Assembly (NCBI GenBank): GCA_963845755.1
Contig: CAWJTV010000033.1
Coordinates: 32,001-96,000 of the forward strand
Length of the DNA stretch: 64,000 bases
Origin: an uncultured Planctomycetota bacterium
GTDB lineage: Bacteria; Planctomycetota; Planctomycetia; Isosphaerales; Isosphaeraceae
Direction: 5' to 3'
Shown here: piece after piece, positions 9,192 to 19,800 of the stretch
Numbering within the stretch: position 1 is the first letter of the stretch
Layout: each line of letters starts with the position of its first letter
Translations under genes and position numbers: made by a program
The notes under the pieces: generated by a model
Seen by the model: only the letters and a program-made list of their open reading frames with translations
The model's database searches: none
Told to the model about the DNA's origin: nothing

Positions 9192-9823
9192 TCAAACCTT
9201 GTTGGTCTGCCGGATGGTGAGGTAGCCGCCATTCGGGCCGGGCACGGCACCCTTGATCAAGAGCAGGTTATTGGTGAGGTTGACCCGAACCACCTGGAGG
9301 TTGCGCACGGTGACCTGGTCGTGGCCGAAGTGCCCCGGTTTGCGGATCCCTTTCTGGGTCCGTGCCGGATCGGCGCTGGGACCGGAGGAGCCGGGGTGCC
9401 GGTGCATGCGCTTGACGCCGTGCGTCTGCGCAGGCCACTGAATCCGTGCCGCTTCATCACGCCCGCGTAGCCGCGCCCCTTACTCGTACCGGTGACGTTG
9501 ACCTTGGCACCCTCCTTGAACAGGTCAACCGTCAGCGTCTGCCCCTCCGCGACGTCGGTGGGTCCCTCCTGGCGAACCTCCCGGACGTACCGCTTGGGCT
9601 CGGCGTTAACCTTCTTGGCGTGGCCGCGCTCGGCCTGCGTGGCGCTTTTCCGCTTCTTGTCGTCGAAACCGAGCTGCCAGGCGAAGTAACCATCGCGTTC
9701 CTCGGTCCGGACCTGAAGCACGGTGCACGGACCGCATTCCAGGACCGTGACCGGCTGGACGATCCCATTCTCCTGGTAGATCTGGGTCATTCCGACCTTG
9801 CGGCCGAGTAGTCCCACTCGCAT
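9192..9823 (-). CDS. rplC: 50S ribosomal protein L3 (frameshift near 9430, probably a sequencing error)
   Basis: GLLGRKVGMTQ...PVTVLE...GTSKGRGYAGVMKRHGF, then second frame HRHPGS...LLLIKGAVPGPNGG. Confidence 0.95.
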
Positions 9824-10256
9824 GATCGAACTCCGTCTGAGGCTATGAAAGAGTCGATTCAAAATGACAAATTCAAGAGAGCAAATGGATGTAAGCGCCG
9901 GCGGCATAGAACATTGCGTTTCATTGAGTCCCGATTCCGGCTCTTCGATCCGATCCCTTCACATCCATTCAAGCGACACACGAACCCGACGGCACGAGCC
10001 GGCACGGCGACCGCCGGCCTGGGAGTGCCGTCGGTGAACCTGGGTGACCAGGTGAAGTCTCAACTCGGCCTGCCGCCAGGTGTCACGGCAAGCCGGGCGC
10101 GGGAGCTATCGCACAGGGAGCCGGGATACGGCATCCCCGATTGAGGCATCCGGCGCGACCGGACAAACGCGCACAGACCGGCGGTACCGGCCCGGACGCG
10201 GTCCAGGAGACTGTCAAACCCGCCTTACCTTGCGGAAACGGAGGGATACCAGTCGA

Positions 10257-10589
<333 letters not shown>

Positions 10590-10681
10590 CGCGTTACGTT
10601 CCTTCCCAATCCGAGTCGAAACTCACAGCGTCCCAGCGAGACCGTCTCGATCGGCCCTCGCTCCTCATGTAGGAAAGTAAG

Positions 10682-10710
10682 AGGGTACCAACCTCGACCT
10701 CCCGCGTCAA
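10682..10710 (-). promoter_or_regulatory. Putative sigma70 promoter of the S10 operon
   Basis: Minus strand TTGACG-17 nt-TACCCT with TGn extended -10 and an upstream A-tract, about 90 nt before rpsJ. Confidence 0.6.
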
Positions 10711-10935
10711 CGCCCCCAGTCGGAACTTTTTTCCGAAGGAGAAGAATCGTCCGATTTGTGACGGCGTACACATCGGGCTTTTGCTCCTTCGTCCTGCCTT
10801 ACAGATTGCAAGCTCCTGGCGCTCCGATCTGCCCCCAGTGACGCGAGTGTCGGCTTTGAGCCGACTCCCTCTATATCACGTCGAACAGCACGTGTCGCGA
10901 GCATTGATTGCAACCATTCGAGTGGAGTCGCAACG

Positions 10936-12087
10936 ATGATGTCGCAGAGAATTCGCGCGCGTCGGAGGGCGTCGATAGGTCTCGGTCTCGTCTCGATCCT
11001 GGCAGTCGTGGCGACAGCGGCCCCGGCCGAAGCCAGTGACGTCTTCCTCGCTACACCCCTGGCGACCGACGCCAGCGATTCCCAGTTGATCAATCCCTGG
11101 GGTATCTCCGCCTCGGGAACCAGCCCATTTTGGATCTCCAATAATGGGGCCGGTGTCTCGACGCTGTATTCGGTCGATCCGACCAGCAACGTGGCCACCA
11201 AGCTGTCAATCCCGTCGCCCTCCGGTGTAAGAATCCCCGGAGATGGGAGCGTGACCGGGCAGGTCTTCAACGGCGGCACAGGGTTCAACAACGATCGATT
11301 CCTGTTCGTCAGCGAGGACGGGACCATTTCGGGCTGGCAGAACGCGCTGGGCGCCAACGCCGCGGTGCTCCAGCTCCCCCTCCCGGAGAATATCTACAAG
11401 GGTGCCACCTTGAATATCACGGGTGGGCACAGTTACCTCCTTTCGGCGAACTTCGGCACCGGGCGTATTGACGTGCTCAAGGGAGATACGGCCACGCCCG
11501 ATCTGGCCGGGAAATTCGTGGACCCTGGCCTTCCGGCCGGCTACGCGCCCTTCAACATCGCAAAGCTGGGAAATACGATCTACGTCACCTACGCCCTGAC
11601 GAACGGAAAGGACGACTTGCCGGGATCGGGACACGGAATCGTCACGGCGTTCGATGAGAACGGAAACTTCCTCGGACGGATCGGCGCCATGGGGACGCTC
11701 AACTCGCCGTGGGGGTTGGCGATCGCGCCGAGCGGGTTCGGTTCCCTCGCCGGGGACTTGCTGGTGGGAAACTTCGGCGACGGGCACATCAACGTCTTCA
11801 GCCCCGATCCCAATTCGACCGCATTCCTGGGCCAATTGACCGATGTGAAGACCGGGCAGGCACTCTCGATCGAGGGCCTTTGGGGATTGATCCCCGGCAA
11901 TGGAGCGGGCGCCGGTAACATCCACGACATCTACTTCACAGCGGGACCCGATGACGAGTCGGGAGGAGTGCTGGGTGTCCTTCAATCCGTCCCGGAGCCG
12001 GCTTCCGCGATCCTGGCGATGATCTCGCTCGGGACGCTATCCGTGGGCTGGACGTGGAAGAACCGCCGGGGTAAAGCGACATCCTGA
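10936..12087 (+). CDS. TIGR03118-like PEP-CTERM surface protein
   Basis: Signal peptide; LINPWGI, SEDGTISGW, GYAPFNI, LNSPWGLA, LLVGNFGDG, GLWGL, YFTAGP motifs; C-terminal VPEPAS + TM + basic tail. Confidence 0.88.
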   Translation: MMSQRIRARRRASIGLGLVSILAVVATAAPAEASDVFLATPLATDASDSQLINPWGISASGTSPFWISNNGAGVSTLYSVDPTSNVATKLSIPSPSGVRIPGDGSVTGQVFNGGTGFNNDRFLFVSEDGTISGWQNALGANAAVLQLPLPENIYKGATLNITGGHSYLLSANFGTGRIDVLKGDTATPDLAGKFVDPGLPAGYAPFNIAKLGNTIYVTYALTNGKDDLPGSGHGIVTAFDENGNFLGRIGAMGTLNSPWGLAIAPSGFGSLAGDLLVGNFGDGHINVFSPDPNSTAFLGQLTDVKTGQALSIEGLWGLIPGNGAGAGNIHDIYFTAGPDDESGGVLGVLQSVPEPASAILAMISLGTLSVGWTWKNRRGKATS

Positions 12088-12644
12088 TGGTCGAGGACCT
12101 TCGGCCTTCACGAGTTCGCATCGATCGGTCCGCTCGACGAGGGTCGGTGATTGGCGTCACGGCTTCTGACCCGACTCTCGGTACCGCCTCCGGTGAGGAT
12201 TCCCACGGAATTCACTCGCAGGCGCGTTGGGCCCTTAAGCAGTCCGGGTGCGCGGCCCGCCTCGAGAGAACCTCTCAAGTTCACCGATTCTGGCCCATCA
12301 GCCAAAAATTCTTGTTTTCAGGAACAACCCTCTTGTAGTCGGCTCCGCCGTGGGATACAACACGCATACCGAATATCACCAAGCCGATCGCGTCCGCATG
12401 CGGGTTGAATCCAGATCACCCCATCGCCGCGGTGATCGCCGATTCCAACCCGATCGGATCACGACCGACTGGGCCCTCTTGTCGTGCTCACTTTCGATCA
12501 CGGCTGCTTACGGCGTGGAAGATCCTCGCCGTGGATTGCCGCGCGTCCGCGTCAGCCCCGGAGGGAGTAGATTCGCCGCCGGGTTCCTGCGCCGCCGGGG
12601 CAGAACTCCGAGTCCGTAGGTCAGGCTTTCTACCCGAGACCTTA

Positions 12645-13553
12645 GAGCGCTCGGAAAAAATGAGTTCACTGGCCCAGGAGCCTCAAACAGATCAAGGAAC
12701 ATGCTAACTTGAGGAACGCGTCTTGAATCTCGGTGAGCCGATCCAAACGGCGGCGCAGCCGGCCGAAGGAGTGCAGCCACGCGATGGTCCGCTCTACGTA
12801 CCAGCGGGACTTGCCCAAACCGCTGCCGTGCTCCGTATTGCGGGCCGCCAGCACCGGCGTGGTCCCCCGGCCGCGCAAACCCTGCCGCACCGGTTCCGAG
12901 TCGTAGCCCCGATCCCCCTGCAAGCGGTCGGGCTTCTGCCGCTTCGGCCCCGGCTTGCCGCCCACCGGCGGCATGTCGTCGAGCGTCGTGAAGACCTGGG
13001 TGATCTCGGGGACGTTGGCGGCGGTCACCGTCGCCGCCAGCGGCACGCCTTGGGCGTCGGTCATCACGTGGTGCTTGCTGCCGGATTTGCTCCGGTCCGT
13101 CGGATTCGGGCCGGTATCCTCGCCCCCTTCCGGGGCCTTGGCGAAGGAGGCGTCGATCAGCGCCCGCTCCCAGTCGATCGCGTCAGCGCCGTTGAGCTCG
13201 GCCAGCAAGACGGCGTGCAACTGGCGCCAGACACCGGCCTGCTGCCACGCCTGCAGGTAGGACCGGCAGGTCTTGCCGCAGCCGCAGCCGAGGTCGGCGG
13301 GCAAGTCGTCCCAGGCGATGCCGGTCTTGAGCACGAACAAGATGCCGGTGAGGATCTTGCGGTAGTCCAGGGGTTTGCGTCCCGGGAAGCGGAAGCGGCG
13401 CGGAGGCGGGGGTGGCAGCAAGGGCTCCAGGCGCTTCCACAGCGCATCGGAGACAAGGGGTTTCATGGTGGTCCTCCTTCGGTTCGGGAGATCACTCTCC
13501 GAAGGACTCAAGAGCAGACAGCGTGCCAGTGGATTCATTTTTTCCGAGCGCTC
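12645..13553 (-). mobile_element. Intact IS5-family insertion sequence (909 bp)
   Basis: 29-bp terminal inverted repeats GAGCGCTCGGAAAAAATGA(G/A)T(T/C)CACTGGC with 2 mismatches; TTA on both flanks (12642-44, 13554-56). Confidence 0.92.
12666..13466 (-). CDS. IS5 family DDE transposase
   Basis: MKPLVSDALW...ILFVLKTGIAWDDLP...IDAS...DRGYD...RWYVERTIAWL; AAGGAGG RBS; stop lies inside the TIR. Confidence 0.93.
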   Translation of the reverse strand: MKPLVSDALWKRLEPLLPPPPPRRFRFPGRKPLDYRKILTGILFVLKTGIAWDDLPADLGCGCGKTCRSYLQAWQQAGVWRQLHAVLLAELNGADAIDWERALIDASFAKAPEGGEDTGPNPTDRSKSGSKHHVMTDAQGVPLAATVTAANVPEITQVFTTLDDMPPVGGKPGPKRQKPDRLQGDRGYDSEPVRQGLRGRGTTPVLAARNTEHGSGLGKSRWYVERTIAWLHSFGRLRRRLDRLTEIQDAFLKLACSLICLRLLGQ

Positions 13554-13579
13554 TTAGGAAACACCCCAGGAGGTCCATT

Positions 13580-14335
13580 GTGAGAAGTGCGTTGCTTCGG
13601 AAGTTCTTGTGGCTCGAGGTAGGAGCACCCGGTATCGTCCTGGTGCTTGCGTACCTTGTGCTGTCCGAAACCACGCTTGCGGTCCAGGACGACCGCCCAG
13701 TGGTCAAGAAACGCGTTGTCGTCGCCGAGAGCTTCACCCTGAGCAGCCCCAAGCGTGCCGGGACCGCTAGGCTGGCCATCAGCTCAGGTGCTGAGCTGTC
13801 CGTCCTTCAGTTCGGCAGTCCAGACGGGGTAGACAACCTCAAGATGCTCCTCGTCAGAGGGTATCCCATCGTCGTATTATGGGACACCCAAAGGAAGGTC
13901 AACTTGGGCATGGAAGCCGGCCAAAAGGGTAGTGTCCTTCGTCTGATGAACAACAATGATCCGAAGGGGATGTTGCGGATACACTACGGAGAGGGAACGC
14001 CGGGTATTATCATGCGAGGACCAGGTGGAGGAGTGAGATCCTTCGTTGAAGATGGCGTACCCGCACCCGCTTCCTTCCTCAACCTCGCCCCGTCGGGGCT
14101 GGGCTCCGACAATATATCATTGTATGTGAATAATGAAATGGCAGGACTCAGTGTTTGGGATTCCGCCGGCAAACGTCGAACGTCGATGCGACTCGTGGCG
14201 GAGCACGGTTTTGCTGGCTTGGTCTTCTATGATCGTGCAGAGCATCCTCGTCTCTCGATCGAGGGCTCGCGACACTTGGATCCTAGGATTGCAATCCGGG
14301 ACCGTCGTGAGAGGGTTCTCCTGTCGATCCCCTGA
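13580..14335 (+). CDS. Hypothetical protein, N-terminal TM anchor and beta-strand repeats
   Basis: AGGAGG RBS then GTG at 13580; hydrophobic segment then repeats such as LSVWDSAGKRR, LVFYDRAEHPR. Confidence 0.65.
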   Translation: MRSALLRKFLWLEVGAPGIVLVLAYLVLSETTLAVQDDRPVVKKRVVVAESFTLSSPKRAGTARLAISSGAELSVLQFGSPDGVDNLKMLLVRGYPIVVLWDTQRKVNLGMEAGQKGSVLRLMNNNDPKGMLRIHYGEGTPGIIMRGPGGGVRSFVEDGVPAPASFLNLAPSGLGSDNISLYVNNEMAGLSVWDSAGKRRTSMRLVAEHGFAGLVFYDRAEHPRLSIEGSRHLDPRIAIRDRRERVLLSIP

Positions 14336-14558
14336 CCGGGCGCTGGCCGTTTGGACCGCGGCGGTCGAGATCGTCCCCAAAGTCCGGTAGTTGACCACTT
14401 CCAGATCCAAGCCATGTTGGTTCCCGCCGATGGGCCAGGTTTCGAAATCACTCGTGCGGAAATCTCTTGCTGGAGAACATTCCATGATCAAAGAACCGGC
14501 AGAATCGGGGCGTTCCCGGGATGGTGGGTCCGAAGAATTCGAATCGTCGCGCCGGACG

Positions 14559-15305
14559 ATGATGCGCTGGACCGGCCTCATGCATCGTCTCCGATGGGTT
14601 CTCCTTCTCGCGTTCGCGGTCGCGCTATTCTCGTTGGGGAGGCACGCAGGTGCCGTTCAGAAGGAGCAAGAAATCCTCCGCGCAAGAGCCATCGAGTCGG
14701 AGCGGTTTGAGGTCCGTTCCCCGGACGGCAAGCTCCGTGCGTTGCTGGCTAACGGTCCTGCGGGAGAGACCCTGTTGTCGTTCCACGATCAGGACGCGGT
14801 GCCCCGACTCACAGTGGGGATCGATGCCCACGGTGCGCCGGCCATCTCGTTCTACGGTGAGAAACATGATTTGAAAATGTCCCTTTATCTCGATTCGGCT
14901 GCGCGTGTACCAAAAGTGCATCTGTTCGATGAACGAGGCGAACCGAAGATCAGCATGAGTCTGGACGACCGTCTCGGACCCAGTTTTTCGGTCGGGCGAG
15001 CGGATCAATCCCACATATCGATCGGCGTGTCGAATGAGAAGGGGCCCGTGGTCACGTTCGCCGACGAGAAGAACAACCCGCACATGGTGCTCTCCGTGAT
15101 CGACAAGGAGTCCGTGATCACCTTACTGGATCCGAATCGAGTCGTGCGGGCGCAGTGGAGGGTCCTGGGAGATGGTTCCCCTTCATTCGCTTTGTCCGAT
15201 CAGGCATCCAAAGTGCGGCTGTGGATCTCGACCGACACAGATGGTAAGTCGAGCGTCCAATTCCTCGATGCGAACGGGAAGGTGACGAAGCAGATCGCTG
15301 AATAG
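14559..15305 (+). CDS. Hypothetical exported protein with ~22-aa beta-hairpin repeats (start uncertain)
   Basis: Signal-like WVLLLAFAVALFSLG; repeats LSFHDQDAVPR, VHLFDERGEPK, VTFADEKNNPH, ITLLDPNRVVR, FALSDQASKVR. Confidence 0.75.
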   Translation: MMRWTGLMHRLRWVLLLAFAVALFSLGRHAGAVQKEQEILRARAIESERFEVRSPDGKLRALLANGPAGETLLSFHDQDAVPRLTVGIDAHGAPAISFYGEKHDLKMSLYLDSAARVPKVHLFDERGEPKISMSLDDRLGPSFSVGRADQSHISIGVSNEKGPVVTFADEKNNPHMVLSVIDKESVITLLDPNRVVRAQWRVLGDGSPSFALSDQASKVRLWISTDTDGKSSVQFLDANGKVTKQIAE

Positions 15306-15370
15306 GGGAGGGGGGTAAAGAGGGCCTCTTCTTTGTGGCGGCGTACTTACCGGTCCGCTCCAGGCGGGGA

Positions 15371-15808
15371 TCACTCGATCTCGAAGGTCGCGCCGGTGGG
15401 GTCCCGGGGAACGACCCGCTGGGCCGCACCGTCTACAAGCAGATCGAGGTCTTCCAGGACGATAGCCCCGATCAAGGCCGTCTCGCGCCTCGATTCGCAA
15501 ACCGCGGAGAAGGTCCCGTGACGACCCAGGAGCTGGACGTAGACCTAATCCTCGCCCTTGCGGCGGGCCCGGCGGCCGTCGGCGTAACGGACGTTGATCG
15601 GGTCGCCCAGCGGCAGGCCCAGCCGCTTGACGAGCGTCGCGGGCAATACCAGCTTCGTCCCTCCGGAATCCACCAGGCCCTGGATCGTCTCGCGGCGAAC
15701 CTGATCCGCGGGCAGGTGGCCGGCTTGAGCGAGGATGCGATCCGCATTATTCACGACTTCGATCTCAACGCTGAAGTGCTCCACGCCGTTGGCTCCGCGG
15801 GCTGGCAT
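15371..15808 (-). CDS. Retropepsin-like (clan AA) aspartyl protease, frameshifted near 15550
   Basis: LVDSGGTKLVLP...RYADGRR, then other frame ...TALIGAIVLEDLDLLVD...EIE stop. Confidence 0.75.
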
Positions 15809-15963
15809 GGCCTTGCTCCTGCCGATCCGAGTCGGAGGATTCCCTGGATCTCTTTCGGACACCATCATCTGCTTGACCAGGTCCTATCATTCGTATCGTG
15901 TTTCAGGTAGAATCCACATCGGATCGATCGCCAAGAGGTTCAATCGTCCGGACCACCTCCACT

Positions 15964-16395
15964 ATGTTTCGCCTGATAGGCGCTCTGATACTGGGCATTC
16001 TTATATTGCCCGACCGGGCTGAGGCGAGCACAACGGCTCGACCGTGTTTTTCGGCAGCGCACTGTCATTTCATCAGAGTAGGGGGGCTCGGCGCAGTAGC
16101 ACGAGCCGGTCAGCATAATCACAAGACCTGGGCGAGATGGGATCGAATCCCACTCCCGAAACCAGCCGTGCTTCTGGACGATACAATCGATTACCCCTCC
16201 GATGAAGAGGATGACGACCCTGACAGTCCCGGCTTTGCGTTCGATCCCGATGACCGCCCCTCTGAACCCTCGACCGCCGCTAACGACCTGGATCTCGTAC
16301 TCGACGAATCAGACCTCCGCTCTCATGTCACGGATTGCCTCACCCCGGGGCGGTCAGGCGCGCGCTTCCTAGAACTCTGCCGGCTCCGATTTTGA
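15964..16395 (+). CDS. Hypothetical exported protein with acidic tract
   Basis: MFRLIGALILGILILPDRAEA signal-like start; DEEDDDPD tract; upstream of the RND pair. Confidence 0.5.
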   Translation: MFRLIGALILGILILPDRAEASTTARPCFSAAHCHFIRVGGLGAVARAGQHNHKTWARWDRIPLPKPAVLLDDTIDYPSDEEDDDPDSPGFAFDPDDRPSEPSTAANDLDLVLDESDLRSHVTDCLTPGRSGARFLELCRLRF

Positions 16396-16813
16396 ATCCA
16401 CTCCTCTCGCGCCTTATCACGGTCATCGATCGCCAGCAGGTCGATTTCCGAGTCTGAACGTCGAGGACATCCTCTCTGCCCCCGCCGCGCTGATTGAACG
16501 GCGCAAGGGTTCCCCGGCCTCCGGACGGTCAGCCAACTTAGCGTGAGCTTCCAGAAAGGTCGCTCCGTTGGGTGACCCGACGCGCGAGCAATCCGCACGG
16601 ATAGAACGGGCCGGCCACCTGATCGGCAAGCGTCGATCAGGAGGTCGATCGTCCGGCCGTTCCCAAGGCCGCGATGCCGGTGCGTAATCAGGGCTCTTCA
16701 ACTCATACCTTCCAATTCGTGGGCTCGGAAACCGCAGGGCCTCACCGGAGGAATTCGAGCGAGGTCGCTCGACCGGACTTGACCATATCGAGCTGAGATG
16801 AGGATCGGAAGCG

Positions 16814-19800
16814 ATGGTCCGTTTCATTATCGCCTGGAGCTTGCACAACCGCCTGATCGTGATCTTGTGTATGTTCTCCCTGATTGGATTCGGCATCTTC
16901 TCCGCTGTGAATCTGAACGTCGAGGCGTATCCCGACCCGACACCGCCCTTGGTCGAGGTGATCACCCAGAACCGCGGCGCCAGCCCCGAAGAGATGGAGC
17001 GACTGATTGGCATCCCTCTCGAGACCGCCTTGAACGGGATGCCGGGGCTGGAATTCCTGCGGAGTACGTCCGTTGCGGGGCTCACCGATATTAAGTGTCA
17101 GTTCGCCTACGGGACCGACTACTGGACGGCTCGACAGGAGGTCATCAACCGCATGGGGGCCGTCGACCTGCCGGAGGGGGTCACACCCGGGCTATCCCCC
17201 TGGAGCCCGACCGGCGAGATCGTCCGCTACGTCCTGGAAGCACCCGACTACACGTCTAACCAGATCAAGGCGGTTCAGGACTGGGTGATCAACCGCACGT
17301 TGAAGCAAGTCCCTGGCGTCATCGATGTGACTGGCTTCGGCGGAAGCGTCAAACAGTACCAGGTTCTGCTCGATACTCGTCTCCTGAAGCAGTACGGCGT
17401 GACCATGCAGCAGGTCGAGGACGCGATCAAGAACTCCAATGCCAACGTCGGCGGCGACATACTCACGCTGGGCACGCAGTCCCACAATGTCCGCGCCACG
17501 GGACTCTTGGGCGGTGGCATCGATCCTCTCGACCCGACGAGGGTGGAGCGCGCCATCATGATCGAGACGGAGAAGCTCGACGATATTCGCAAAGTCGTCG
17601 TCAACACCGCGGACGACGGGACGCCGATTTACGTTCGACAGGTGGCTCAGGCGATCGTCGGTTATCAACCGCGACTGGGGATTGTCGGCCGAGCGGGCGA
17701 GAACGATGTTGTGGAGGGCATCGTACTAATGCGCAAGTACGAGAAATCCTTGCCGACATCTGAAGCGGTCGAGGCCAAGCTGAAGGAGATCGAGGAGGAA
17801 AAGCTACTCCCCAATGGCATGAAGATCAGGGTCTTCAATCAACGGACCGACCTGGTCCACGTGACAAGGGAGAACGTCCTGCACAACCTGGTTGTCGGCG
17901 TGGCCCTGGTCATCTCCATCCTCTTCATCTTCCTCGGTAACCTGACGAGCGCCGGGATCGTGGCCATCATGATCCCTCTGGCCCTCCTATTCGCGGTGAC
18001 CGTCCTGTACGCCCAGGGGAAATCGGCCAACCTGCTCTCTATCGGCGCGGTGGACTTCGGGATCATCGTCAACAGCTCGGTCATCATCGTCGAGAACATC
18101 TATCGGCATCTCACGGCGCACGATGCGGACCGGTCTCTATCTTTGACCGACCGCATCATTGCTGCCTCACACGAGATCGAGAGGGCCTTATTCTTCTCGA
18201 CGACGATCATCGTCTGTGCGTTCATTCCCCTCTTCTCGATGACCGGCCCGGAAGGCGCGTTGTTCGGCCCGATGGCCAACACCTATGCGTTCTCGATCTG
18301 CGGTGCACTCCTCCTGGCCGTCACCCTGGCGCCTGTGCTGTGCTCGTTCCTTTTCCACGACGCAATGGTGGAGAAGGAGACGTTCATCGACCGGCTCATG
18401 AAGCGACGCTATCTCCGGACTCTCAAGCTGGTCTTGAGGCATCGTTCTCTGACGCTGGCCATGATGGGCAGCATCGTGATCTTCACGGCCAGGCTCGTCC
18501 CGGACCTCGGCGGTGAGTTCATGCCGCAGTTGGAAGAAGGGAATCTGTGGATCCGCGCCCTCATGCCCCGTACCGTCTCATTGGAAGAGGCGGCCCGGGT
18601 GGCACCTCGTCTGCGCGAGATCATCGCGTCCATCCCCGAAGTCCGGGGAGTCATGTCGCAGGTTGGGCGGCCTGACGACGGCACCGACATCACCGGCTTC
18701 TTCAATATCGAATTCAACGTGCCATTGAAACCGATGGAACAGTGGCGCACGAAGCCGGGACCGCTTGGCGTCTGGCGAGTTGGCCCCTTCCAGGTCGGCT
18801 CGTGGCCGTTCGGTCCCTTCGAATTCGGCCGCCGGACGATCACACGTGAGGAGATTCAGGACGAATTGATGGAGTCGTTTCGGGAATTCCCGGCCCTGAA
18901 CTTCAACTTCTCGCAGCTCATTCGGGACAACGTTGAAGAGGCTCTATCGGGCGTCAAGGGGGCCAATTCCGTCAAGATCTTCGGCGCGGATCTCGAAGTC
19001 CTGGAACGCATCGGGCAAGAGGTTGTCAATGTCTTGCAGACCGTCCAGGGAATCGAGAACGTCGGCATGTTCCACGTCCTGGGCCAGCCGAATCTGGAGA
19101 TCCGGACCGACCGTGAGGCGTGCGCCCGTTATGGCATCAACGTGGCCGATGTCGAGGCCGCCGCCCAGGTTGCCATCGGCGGCCGTGCGTTCTCGCGGAT
19201 GGTTGAGGGGGAGAAACTTTACGACATCGTCTTGCGCCTGCCGCACGACCTGCGCGACGACCCGGGCGATATCGCTCGCATTCCAGTCAACATCCCCAGT
19301 CCCGCGGGTAAGCCGGGGGCCCGCATCCCCATGTCGCATCTGAGCAAAATCGTCCCTCACAACCCAGGGGCTTCATACATTTACCGGGAGAATAACCGCC
19401 GATTCGTGCCCATCAAATTCAGCGTGAGGGGCCGCGACCTCGCCTCGACCATCGATGAGGCCCATCGCAAGGTTAACGACGCGCAAGCGGGGATCAAGCT
19501 TCCGCCGGGCTATCGGATGGTGTGGTCGGGAGAATTTGCCCAGATGGAGCAGGCGAATAAGCGATTGATGTGGATCGTGCCGGTCTCGATCATGCTGATC
19601 CTCTGCTTGCTATATACAACGTTCAATTCGACGAAAGATGCCCTGCTCGTGATGTGTAATGTCCTGGAAGCCGCGATCGGGGGAGTCCTTGCCCTATGGC
19701 TGACCGGCACGCCGTTCAGCATCTCGGCGGCGGTGGGTTTCATCTCGATCTTCGGTGTGGCCGTGCAGGACGGCGTGTTGCTGATCTCGTACTTCAACCA

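Noticed and set aside
9420..9440. Programmed frameshifting in rplC, rplV or dnaE
   Set aside because: No slippery heptamer or shared context at the breaks; indels are scattered across unrelated genes.
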